In this document: positions 13,101 through 23,300 of the stretch, one piece after another
Layout of the letters: the number at the start of each line of letters is the position of its first letter
Position numbering within the stretch: the stretch's first letter is position 1
Assembly (NCBI GenBank): GCA_032718475.1
Contig: JAUCBJ010007494.1
Span: forward strand, 18,243 to 82,242
Source: Nemertoderma westbladi
Taxonomy: Eukaryota > Animalia > Xenacoelomorpha
Direction of reading: 5' to 3'
Length of the DNA stretch: 64,000 nt
Notes under the pieces: model-generated
Told to the model about the DNA's origin: nothing
Database searches by the model: none
What the model saw: only the letters and a program-made list of their open reading frames with translations
Translations under genes and position numbers: made by a program

Positions 13101-14250
13101 CAAGTTCCAAACTAAGCTCAACATGTCTGGCATTATGCAAGTTTGGAAATCTACAATAACAGCTGCTGATTATTATGTAGGCGCGTTGTCCACCCCACAA
13201 GACGAACTAGGAGAACACAGCATAAGGTCAGTGAAAATGGTGGCTATAAAGAACTTCGCTACTACTCAAGCAGACCTTTATAATTGGGATGAGGATGAGA
13301 GCATACAACATCTTAACATACCTCGATTCCAGACTGATTATCCTGGAGTGCAAATACTCATCGGCCAAAACGCGCATGAGGCGCTGGAGACATTAGAGAA
13401 ACGACCTGCTCAACCGCAGCCACTACAGACCTATGCGGTAAGAACTAGAGTAGGTTGGTACCTTACTGGACCTTCCCGTAGAACGCTCAGGGAAAGACTG
13501 CTTCAAGATCGTGTCTGCCAGGTGAGTGAATGGGAAGACGATACTAGTGAGGGAGACGACCCAACTGAGGGAACACCACACTCCTCAGATAATGACAATC
13601 TTAGCTCCAATGTAGATCAATGGAGATATTGCCCCAAGAAGTTTAATCCAACGGACATCGCTTCCAGAGGAGCAACTCCTCAAGAACTGACAGATACTAT
13701 AGACCGGTTAGGTGAACCCGACTTCCTGAGTAAGGAGAATGAATGGCCTCCCCATCTTACTCCGACTGAGATTAGACCAGCCAAGGGAGCGGAGAAAGTC
13801 GAACCTGAAACCCGGACGGGTGGATCGGAGTTATTTGAACCCGGGATAGATCTGTCGGTATTACATGTTGCCAGGGACGACGCCGTGGATCTGGGCCTCC
13901 CCTCCGCGAGTGGATCCTTCATGAAGATCAGAGAGAGCGATTGGAGCTCTGGAACATCAGACGTCTCGCAGGGACTCTCACCTCTCCTGCAGAGAGCGAC
14001 GGACCACTATAGCTCCTGGAATCGGCTTTGTGACGCCGTCATATACTTTGAGCGATGTTTCTATCGTCACTATTCCAGGACGAAGAGGAAACCTGGAATT
14101 GTATTCAGGATGCAGCGACTCAATCACCCAGTCGGTCGTTTGTGTTTATCGGAAGGGAATGGAGGACTCTCCGGAAACTGTGGAAGACAAGATTCTCTTC
14201 CCACGACCACCTCCCTAATCCTTCAAACATCTAGGGACTCCATAACGTAA
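10120..14250 (+). CDS. Copy B Gag-protease polyprotein (1376 aa) with in-frame deletions of RT/RNaseH and integrase
   Basis: Gag core FNGDEMKWLPF..EKLRFLIECLEG, three knuckles, DSG protease; no YMDD and no DDE core; ends with the native ORF1 C-terminus. Confidence 0.9.
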   Translation: MSDAKQNLSDSLLDTTESEVTAEKPHKRDAIDIYLSDYQRFLGDEELRRRLEGLSPNSEGAKLVLDAIDVDRLAANQAKFDEQLRIAREQEEQVKKKRIEDRKIAAVAEAERKATLAEAAAEAKAAAAEAEAKATKAAAEAKAEAKAAAAEVKAAAVAEAERRASEEATQLELENLQERQDNFNKQLTASNMQMMSRSTPKRQGYTSSEEGDTTDTEGKGNRSRLSRRKRTFHRQKLPDLPPAVRRQLNNTNLGSTEPTDQIIKIERLPTIVDEPEISRPVLEITPTVIDTSVLPEATYKFPLHSTKLPVPRRTARETVQVLDPERNIPNLSPVVPCLPATTLADPVSAVDWVDERRRGMDILLGEMKENRIRSSQQVRELEGTVQHLKGTVRESKLELQEVQQNIALERDKLVSLQKGIPPPSVTMCQPVRSEVLHAQGVEPTRIYTASEVETPIVNPIKGNYRPVDNDIPYRTDHNPRNLYTDNSILNSTMAQESFTRQMARTEARQAVKVGEIVKFNGDEMKWLPFNEYYKDNIQNSVLSNGEKLRFLIECLEGPPKSMALKFIGHPDGLRQVWDTLNIRYGNRNDIAGYLYAKLMAPRKFLSSGIIEFSDEIQEICRQLDWLGKSHEYQNSMVVRALASALPKGGVGTRWDKKVLYMMEQQRRDPTMTDLMSFLDREVKLQLLRQSREKTLENKVSEKPVSRRRVTPVCYTDDGESQTSQGEDSGKDTDRPYYVNKMPKEQVSKSKSRPNDRREPIQKTPPTSPKGIQVRKPEERTSVHHIAQVKVSNIKPKCVLCDGPHRLNACDKFLRKSLEDRREVMWDKRLCYNCLRRGHQRRTCNSDARCAKCGAKHHILLHTEFERNSPSQVSESELHVQFSDVNDTDQSEMEGFYTDEFSDQNESCYLINTTAVYRALVYEKDTDGDLTLTTSDQQPSWKAPTSNIGIREFPVVQVRVHGPKRSYVVNALLDSGSTGTFIDKELAEDIFAGQPKFQTKLNMSGIMQVWKSTITAADYYVGALSTPQDELGEHSIRSVKMVAIKNFATTQADLYNWDEDESIQHLNIPRFQTDYPGVQILIGQNAHEALETLEKRPAQPQPLQTYAVRTRVGWYLTGPSRRTLRERLLQDRVCQVSEWEDDTSEGDDPTEGTPHSSDNDNLSSNVDQWRYCPKKFNPTDIASRGATPQELTDTIDRLGEPDFLSKENEWPPHLTPTEIRPAKGAEKVEPETRTGGSELFEPGIDLSVLHVARDDAVDLGLPSASGSFMKIRESDWSSGTSDVSQGLSPLLQRATDHYSSWNRLCDAVIYFERCFYRHYSRTKRKPGIVFRMQRLNHPVGRLCLSEGNGGLSGNCGRQDSLPTTTSLILQTSRDSIT

Positions 14251-15904
14251 CAACATATGGAGTGGGTGTGTGACTCTATTATTTTATATTATTTTATTAT
14301 TTTTATATTTCTGTATGTATTACTATGTAATTTTATTATAATCGTTTTCTTTAATTTTATTCAGTAGAATGTTATTTTAGCGATTATTTAGTAGATTAGT
14401 GCAATATATATTCGCGTTTATTACTTAATTACGTATATATTATATTTAATGCGACGGCAAGAAATAATTCTTTTCCTCTTTCCTTACTGTCCGTATCATA
14501 TTATAAATACGTGACTACAGTAAGATGAAATGTCCGTACTTATTAAAGTACAATAAAGCCACTACTATATTTAAGTATTATTGGTAGGCAGAGTATTAGG
14601 AATGCAAAGTTCAGATCCTCGTGTCTCGGCTAAACCAAGCTCTGGGTAGACCTTGGAAACGACTTGCCTCTTCACACTGACATTGCTTCGTGCGATATTG
14701 CTCTCATACCGTATATTAAATAATACATATAGTAGCGTGATGTCTCTTTAACAGTAGCGTGTAACGCAAAATAAATCTGTTAAACCCTTTGACCATCTGT
14801 AATTCTAGTCGATTAAGATATCGCGGCACCCACCGATATCCTTGAAAGACAAATTCTAGAATCAGTGGTTAACGTCCCCAGACAAGTTCTGGAATAAATC
14901 GGTGCCCATCTCAAATATTAATTAGTTAATATTTACAAATCAAATAAGTCAAAATCTGTAAAATCCAGATCCTTCAACAATTCTAGTCAATTAAGATATC
15001 GTAGCATTTACCGATATTCTTAAAGAGACAATTTCTTAGAATTAAGGATCTTGTGCCCCTAGACATGTTCTAGAATCAAAATATGTCCATTTAATTATCA
15101 AATAATAAAATTTCAGGGAATAAATTTAAATTCATGCCTTTTAATGAATTTAATAAATTGCCATTTTACGCAATTTATAAAGTTCCCAAAATTCCATTAA
15201 TTAATAGATCAAGGGAGCGGAGATTTATCTTATCATGCGTATGAGAGTGTGAAAGTCTCCCAAACATAGTTAATAGCCGATAAAATTCTTAAAGTCATGT
15301 ATAAACAGGACATTGACTATTAAAGAATTCCTATTAAATAACATCCCAGATCTGTATGCATTGGAATTACTCTAATTCTACCGCTAGCTTTGCATAATGT
15401 CACCATAGCAACAACCACGCTAGAATTAGAATTGAGTTAAAAGAACAATAGAAAGCTTGTCCCATTGAATAGCATAGGGAATAAATAGCGCACTACTAGT
15501 ATCCAAGGATACATAATAATACAGTGACATTCTGGAAGGCATTGACTAACGGACAAATGGCTCGAATGTGTGTAATTTGTGACAAGTTGTGTGTGTGGTA
15601 TTTGTGAGTTTATAGGTGAATGTTACTGCTAAGGTGTGTTTACAGTAGCCAGTAGCAATCGTAAAGTAACCTAACTCTCCAAGGAATACCTGAAGTACAT
15701 CTAAGTCTTTGGGACGGACAGTCGAGTGACTTGTGCCGGTTGTCGTTGTCGTTGTGCGGCTACGTCGTTGGCGAAAGTACAGCGGCGACGACACATCGGC
15801 GCTGAGGATCTCGTACTGTCCGGGGGTTAATTGGAGTAGGCAGCGACGCTCGCTAGCCTGAATATAAACTCCTTATAATGTGGATAAACTCATATATAGC
15901 AGAC

Positions 15905-17188
15905 ATGACGGAGTTGATGGAAGATGTTCTTGGTATCGGGGAGCGATATACTCTACTTTTGCAAGCGTTTGTTGATAGCTTAATACGCGGCGACGTTAGT
16001 CCAACTGCTGCGGAGGACGATGGTCGTTATATCGAACCGCCAATGTCCCAAGAGCAGCTCACGCGTGAGTTGGACTATAGAAAATTCGCTGCTCGATATA
16101 CGCGGCGTAATGGTATGTATATGGGCTTCTTAACTACTGGTCATCCTATCGATTTACACAATACGGACTATGTCGACTATATATCCTGCCCAGCGGAGTC
16201 GGAACCATAAACGGAAATTCGAATGCGAAAATTCTATTCGAAATCGACTCGAAAGAAAAGACACTTAAGAAACAAATGGACGCGGTAACTCCAAAGTATA
16301 TTTGGAATTCTTGATAGAAGCATTGTAACAACAAATAAATGTCACCCGCGTTTACCCTACCAGACGTGCGTCTTTGGTATTATTACGATAAAAGCCCTAG
16401 ACCCAAATAATAAACGGAAAGACATAAACATCCATGTAAACCGAAACTTGTTGACGTATCACCTATGCTCACTCGGCTCGAACGATCCTGGAGTAAACCT
16501 ACGATCAGAGTCCCGGAATACTCGGTCAAACCTCCTCATTCCTTAGTTGGACCTCAGACTTGCGATCCTGGTGGTGTCGCGGATCCTCGCGGACGGTATT
16601 CACTGTTCAAGATCTAGTGCTACCCTAACAATTAATCGGTAACACTCCGACAGTGATTTCTAGCTAGCCGCCCATCTTACCTAGCTGGATTATGACGCAG
16701 ACACCTAATATCATTATCCAATCGTATGGTCGTCCCGTTTAACGCGATACAACCCTTCATCAAGGTGAAGGAGAGCATTGTACGAAACGAGTTAAACGCT
16801 ATTCTATAAAGATCAAAAAGGAAACCTGCGTTTGTTCAGATAAACGTAAGTTATAACAGTAAGTCCAATCGATAAACGAATTGGCCTTATCTCAATTCGA
16901 TTGGGAAATCCAGAATCTCTAAGAAGTTATCGAACTTGGACGATCCTATTCTCTGCGAGAGTTTTTGGATGAACGTATCCAGCTACGAGCGGAGGAAAAT
17001 CAGCTCGAGGAGAAGCATATCGAAACGGCAGATACCCCGACCACAATCCTACACCTTCTGATGCAATCATATTGCACCCTTCACCCAGGAGTTATGGCCC
17101 TCCTAGTAAAGTGGCTCCCCCCAAAGAGAAAAAGACTCTTGCTAGCCTCAAAAAACTGCGTAAACGCCGTCTGCGTAAGAAAGACTAA
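15905..17188 (+). pseudogene. Copy B ORF2 remnant
   Basis: Homologous to C ORF2 but with many stops, frameshifts and deletions, including loss of the knuckle region. Confidence 0.88.
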
Positions 17189-17266
17189 CTGTTTAGAGTA
17201 TCTTTATGTTTTAGAAACTGTGATTTTTATATTTTATAGACTGAAAATCCCATTTTCTGGGAGCGG

Positions 17267-18495
17267 TGTAAAAGCTTTTACTGAATTGTCCGGTTATTTT
17301 TCCTTATTTTTCCCGTAAAGTACTCTGTAGTTGGTTTACCAGGCATAAAAAGGCCGTGTCCTTGCTGTACTGGTGTTTTAGCGGACATAAGAGCTATTTC
17401 TTCTGTATTTGTACTTTAGAGGACATAATCCGTAATTCCGTGACGTAAAAGCACGATACTCTTGAAAACAGTGTCGCTACCATGACGACGGCTAGCAGCT
17501 GATATTGCCACGTCGACGTTTCTTTGTTTCTCTGTTCTCTCGTTGTTCAGGTTGACCAATCAGAGCGTTTGTTATCTCTGTGTTGGAGGTATATACAGAA
17601 ACTCAGTAGTTCAGTGTTATTGTTTTTGTCCAGAGCCTAAGAACCGGCTTTGGCACCTCCGTGTTTTAGTTTTTAGTCTTACACTAGTAGGTTTAATTAT
17701 AAAGGGCATATATCCTTTAACGCACCTACCTGACTCATGGAATCACTGCATACTGATGACTGATGTCTGCATACTGCAGTACTGCATACACTGCATACTG
17801 TGTAACATTGTGCATACCTTTATATTGTTATACTGCTATTTACCGTCAGTTCTTCATAATATGGTTGATGAATAATTATATTTGGAATAACGATAAACAA
17901 CCCCGAAACCCAATGTTCTTGATATACCGAAGGTAAGAGAGAAGGGTTACAGATAAACGATTGTGACTTATGTTAAAGTGGTTTGAAGTGAATCTAATGT
18001 TATTTGATAGACCCTACATGAGCCAGTCTGTGTTCCTTATATATGTGACTAAAATCAGTGAAGATCGGCAGATTAGTGTGCAGTATTGTGCAGCATTGTG
18101 TATGAGTGAGTCTGTTAAAGAAGCATTCCTAAAGAATGCGCCATATATGTGAATTATAATTAAGCCATATCGTTGTGAGTGGTTTAAGTCATAACTCTGT
18201 TTATATAGATAAAGCGCCACGTCCTAAAGGAACTGTTAATATTCCCGAAGGTGAATAATATTGTCAGAGATTATATAATACTGTCAGTCGAATAATACAT
18301 TAGGCTTACATAGCAATAAAATTAAACCGTCGAACCCAATCTCCCGGGAATTTCCAGCGGGTGAATGGTCGCGCACGGATTGGTTTCGACTAGTGTAGTG
18401 AATCAAATACTTGTCATAGACTAAAAACTGATTTAATATCTAGAAGACATCTTAATTTGGTGGGTTAAACTGCCAAAGGTCTGAAAGCGCGAACA
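17267..18495 (+). repeat. 3' LTR of copy B
   Basis: Preceded by PPT-like GGGAGCGG, followed by TSD CAATT. Confidence 0.97.
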
Positions 18496-18500
18496 CAATT

Positions 18501-19061
18501 AGTCGGTGGCACCCCGGTTGTGGGCTTCCTAGATATTAGCCCATCCTACCTAGCCGGATTGGGACGCGGACATTTAATATCGCCGTTTAACTCTTACCAT
18601 CGTCCCGGTTTAACACCGATACAACCTGTCACCAAAGTGGAGGAGAGCGTTGTACCAAACGCGTTAGACGCTATTCTACAAAAGATCAGAAAAGGAACCT
18701 ATGCTTGTTCAGATAAACGTAAATTGCACTAGCAAGTCCAAGCGGTAAACAAAGTAACTTTATCTCAGTTCGATCGGGAAATCCAGAATCTCTAAGAAGT
18801 TATCGAACTTGGACGACCCTATTCTCCGCAAGAATTTTTGGACGGACACATCCAACGACAAGCGGAGGAAAATCAGCTTGAGGAGAAGCATATCAAAATG
18901 GACGAGACACCGACCGTAACCCTAAACCTTCTGATGCAATTGTATTGCACCCTTCACCCAGGAGTTATAGCCCTCCTAGTAAAGTGGCTCGCCCCAAAGA
19001 GAAAAGGACTCTTGCTAGCCTCAAAAAACTGCGTAAACGCCGTCCGCGCAAGAAAGACTAA
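18501..19061 (+). pseudogene. Copy A ORF2, 3' part
   Basis: VGGTPVVGFLDI..YLAGLGRGHLISPFN continues ORF2; contains stops and a large deletion; ends with the KKLRKRRPRKKD-equivalent sequence. Confidence 0.88.
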
Positions 19062-19124
19062 CTGTTTACAGTATTTTTATATTATAGAAACTGTATAGAA
19101 TTAAATCCCATTGTCTGGGAGCGG

Positions 19125-20312
19125 TGTAAAAGCTTTTGCGGGATGTAACTGGCCCTTTTTCTCCGCAATCCAGTTTTCCCTCAATGCGCTCAAATACTCT
19201 AAAACTGCCTGGCTTGAGTGACGCAGTCTGCTGGCTGATTGGCTGATTTGCTGTGCGTGTATGGCCTCTTTGTTCTGTTCGATCAACCAATCAGAACAAT
19301 GATCGACCAATCAGAGCGATTTCGCCTTGTGTTGGCTGTGGGCTGCAAAGGCTAGGGTGGTTTGGCATTTAGACATTCGTGGAACCTGTGGAATATGGAG
19401 CTCCGCCAATGAGAGCTATTTCTCTTTGTGTTGAAAGATACCTACAACAGCCCACAGGGATCAGTGTGTTGGTTTTCCAGATGCCTGAACATCGGCTATG
19501 GAATAATTATGTGTTTCAGACTTTAGCCAAACATTAGAACGGCTTTGATTACCGGAACGTATAACTGTTATCAAACCAATGCATGACTCGCATACCTGGC
19601 ATATCAGACTCAGTATATGCCTTTCACCACATTATTTTACTGCTATTTACTGTCGGTTGTTAATTGTATCTGTTGATGGAATATTGTTATATTTGGATAA
19701 TATCGATAAATAATCATAAAACCCCATCTTCTTGATATACTGAAGGTAAGAGACCGGTTACATATAGCAATTGCGACTTATATGATATTGGTTTTGGAGT
19801 GAATCTAATGCTATTTCATAGGCACTACATGGGTCAATTGCTGTTCTCTTTATATGTGACTAAAATTAGTGAAGGTCGGCATATCAGTGTGCAGTATTAT
19901 GCGGTACCGGTAGTGTGCATGATTGTGACAGATAACTAAGCATCTCCTAAAGAATGCGCCTTATACGTAAATCAATAGCCATCCCGTTGTGTTTAGTGTA
20001 AGTCATAGGTCTATTTATATATTTAGAGCGCCACGTCCAAAAGGAACTGTTAATATCTCCCGAAAGTGAATAATATTTGTCAGAGATTATATATTAACGA
20101 TCAATCGAATAATACAGTAGGCCTACACCACAATAAGGTCAGAGCCCCCGAATCCAGTCTCCCGGGTATATCCAACGGGTGAATGGTCGCGCATAGGCTG
20201 GCTTCGGCTAATGTAGTGTATCAAATACTCGTCATAGGCTAAAGTCGATTTATAATCTAGAAGACACCTAAATTAGGCGGGTTAAACTGCCTAAGGTCTA
20301 AAAGCGCGAACA
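19125..20312 (+). repeat. 3' LTR of copy A (third LTR variant)
   Basis: TGTAAAAGCTTTT start after GGGAGCGG, GCGCGAACA end; R/U5 alignable to B and C, U3 divergent. Confidence 0.93.
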
Positions 20313-23300
20313 CTGGTGGAAGGGTGGAGCTGGATCCACAGCGGGTGGTATAGGGAGGAGCAGTTGGATAGGGCTGAGGCTGGTGGAAGGGTGGAGCTGA
20401 GCCACAGCGGGTGTTATAGGGAGGAGCAGTTGGAATGGGCGGCGGCTGGTGGAAGGGTGGAGCTGTAGCTACAGCTGGTGGTAGGGAGGATGAGTTGGAT
20501 TGGGCTGAGGCTGGTGGAAGGGTGGAGCTGGAGCCACAGCGGGTGGTATAGAGAGGAGCAGTTGGATTGGGCTGAGGCTGGTGGAAGTGTGGAGCTGGAG
20601 CCACAGCGGGTGGTATAGGGAGGAGCAGTTGGATTGGGCTGAAGCTGGTGGAAAGGTGGAGCTGGAGCCACAGCGGGTGGTATAGGGGGGAGCAGTTGGA
20701 TTGGGCTGAGGCTGGTGGAAGGGTGGAGCTGGAGCCACAGCGGGTGGTATAGAGAGGAGCAGTTGGATTGGGCTGAGGCTGGTGGAAGTGTGGAGCTGGA
20801 GCCACAGCGGGTGGTATAGGGAGGAGCAGTTGGATTGGGCTGAGGCTGGTGGAAGGGTGGAGCTGGAGCCACAGCGGGTGGTATAGAGAGGAGCAGTTGG
20901 ATTGGGCTGAGGCTGGTGGAAGTGTGGAGCTGGAGCCACAGCGGGTGGTATAGGGAGGAGCAGTTGGATTGGGCTGAAGCTGGTGGAAAGGTGGAGCTGG
21001 AGCCACAGCGGGTGGTATAGGGGGGAGCAGTTGGATTGGGCTGAGGCTGATGGAAGGGTGGAGATGGAGCCACAGCGGGTGGTATAGGGAGGAGCAGTTT
21101 GATAGGGCTGAGGCTGGTGGGAGGGTGGAGCTGGAGCCACTGCGTGTGGCATAGGGAGGGGCAGTTGGATTGGGCTGAGGATGATGGAAAAGTGGAGCTG
21201 GAGCCACTGCGTGTGGCATAGGGAGGAGCAGTTGGATTGGGCTGAGGCTGGTAGAATGGTGGAGCTGGAGCTACAGCGGGTGTTATAGGGAGGAGCAGTT
21301 GGATTGGGCTGAGGCTGGTGGAAGGGTGGAGCTGGAGCCACAGCGGGTGGTATAGGGAGGAGCAGTTGGATTGGGCTGAGGCTGGTGGAAGGGTGGAGCT
21401 GGAGCCACAGCGGGTGGTATAGAGAGGAGCAGTTGGATTGGGCTGAGGCTGGTGGAAGTGTGGAGCTGGAGCCACAGCGGGTGGTATAGGGAGGAGCAGT
21501 TGGATTGTGCTGAGGCTGGTGGAAGGGTGGAGCTGGAGCCACAGCGGGTGGTATAGGGGGGAGCAGTTGGATTGGGCTGAGGCTGATGGAAGGGTGGAGC
21601 TGGAGCCACAGCGGGTGGTATAGGGAGGAGCAGTTGCATTGGGCTGAGGCTGGTGGGAGGGTGGAGCTGCAGCCACAGCGGGTGGTATAGGGAGGGGCAG
21701 TTGGATTGGGCTGAGGATGATGGAAAAGTGGAGCTGGAGCCACTGCGTGTGGCATAGGGAGGAGCAGTTGGATTGGGCTGTGGCTGGTGGAAGGGTGGAG
21801 CTGGAGCCACAGCGGGTGGTATAGAGAGGAGCAGTTGGATTGGGCTGAGGCTGGTGGAAGTGTGGAGCTGGAGCCACAGCGGGTGGTATAGGGAGGAGCA
21901 GTTGGATTGGGCTGAGGCTGGTGGAAAGGTGGAGCTGGCGCCACAGCGGGTGGTATAAGGAGGAGCAGTTGGATTGGGCTGAGGCTGGTGGAAGGGTGGA
22001 GCTGGATCCACAACGGGTGGTATTGGGAGGAACAGTTGGATAGGGCTGAGGCTGGTGGAAGGGTGGAGCTGGATCCACAGCGGGTGGTATAGGGGGGAGC
22101 AGTTGGATAGGGCTGAGGCTGGTGGAAGGGTGGAGCTGAGCCATAGCGGGTGTTATAGGGAGGAGCAGTTGGAATGGGCGGCGGCTGGTGGAAGGGTGGA
22201 GCTGTAGCTACAGCTGGTGGTAGGGAGGATCAGTTGGATTGGGCTGAGGCTGGTGGAAGGGTGGAGCTGAGCATCAGCGGGTGTTATAGGGAGGAGCAAT
22301 TGGATAGGGCTGAGGCTGGTGGAAGGGTGGAGCTGCAGCCACAGTGGGTGGTATAGGGAGGAGCAGTTGGATTGGGCTGAGTCTGGTGGGAGGGTGGAGC
22401 TGGAGCCACAGCGGGTGGCATAGGGAGGAGCAGTTGGATTGGGCTGAGGCTTGTGGAAGGGTGGAGCTGGAGCCACAGCGGGTGGTATAGGGAGGAGCAG
22501 TTGGATTGGGCTGAGGCTGGTGGAAGGGTGGAGCTGGAGCTGGAGCCACAGCGGGTGGTATAGGGAGGAGCAGTTGGATTGGGCTGAGGCTGGTGGAAGG
22601 GTGGAGCTGGAGCCACAGCGGGTGGTATAGAGAGGAGAAGTTGGATTGGGCTGAGGCTGGTGGAAGTGTGAAGCTGGAGCCACAGCGGGTGGTATAGGGA
22701 GGAGCAGTTGGATTGGGCTGAGGCTGGTGGAAAGGTGGAGCTGGAGCCACAGCGGGTGGTATAGGGGGGAGCAGTTGGATTGGGCTGAGGCTGGTGGAAG
22801 GGTGGAGCTGAGCAACAGCGGGTGTTATAGGGAGGAGCAATTGGATAGGGCTGAGGCTGGTGGAAGGGTGGAGCTGCAGCCACAGTGGGTGGTATAGGGA
22901 GGAGCAGTTGGATTGGGCTGAGTCTGGTGGGAGGGTGGAGCTGGAGCCACAGCGGGTGGCATAGGGAGGAGCAGTTGGATTGGGCTGAGGCTTGTGGAAG
23001 GGTGGAGCTGGAGCCACAGCGGGTGGTATAGGGAGGAGCAGTTGGATTGGGCTGAGGCTGGTGGAAGGGTGGAGCTGGAGCTGGAGCCACAGCGGGTGGT
23101 ATAGGGAGGAGCAGTTGGATTGGGCTGAGGCTGGTGGAAGGGTGGAGCTGGAGCCACAGCGGGTGGTATAGAGAGGAGCAGTTGGATTGGGCTGAGGCTG
23201 GTGGAAGTGTGAAGCTGGAGCCACAGCGGGTGGTATAGGGAGGAGCAGTTGGATTGGGCTGAGGCTGGTGGAAAGGTGGAGCTGGAGCCACAGCGGGTGG

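Larger units (their letters stand above)
6747..18495 (+). mobile_element. BEL/Pao copy B: non-autonomous, two LTRs, nested in ORF2 of copy A
   Basis: TGT...ACA LTRs of 1229 bp; 5-bp TSD CAATT (6742-6746, 18496-18500); the flanks rejoin ORF2 of A as PEQL-VGGTPVVG. Confidence 0.96.
2716..20312 (+). mobile_element. BEL/Pao LTR retrotransposon copy A: 5'-truncated, internally deleted, interrupted by copy B
   Basis: Begins in the Gag zinc-knuckle region (IKPKCVLCDGPH), then protease, the pol/ORF2 spacer, ORF2 remnants on both sides of B, PPT GGGAGCGG and a 3' LTR at 19125-20312. Homologous to copy C throughout. Confidence 0.92.
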
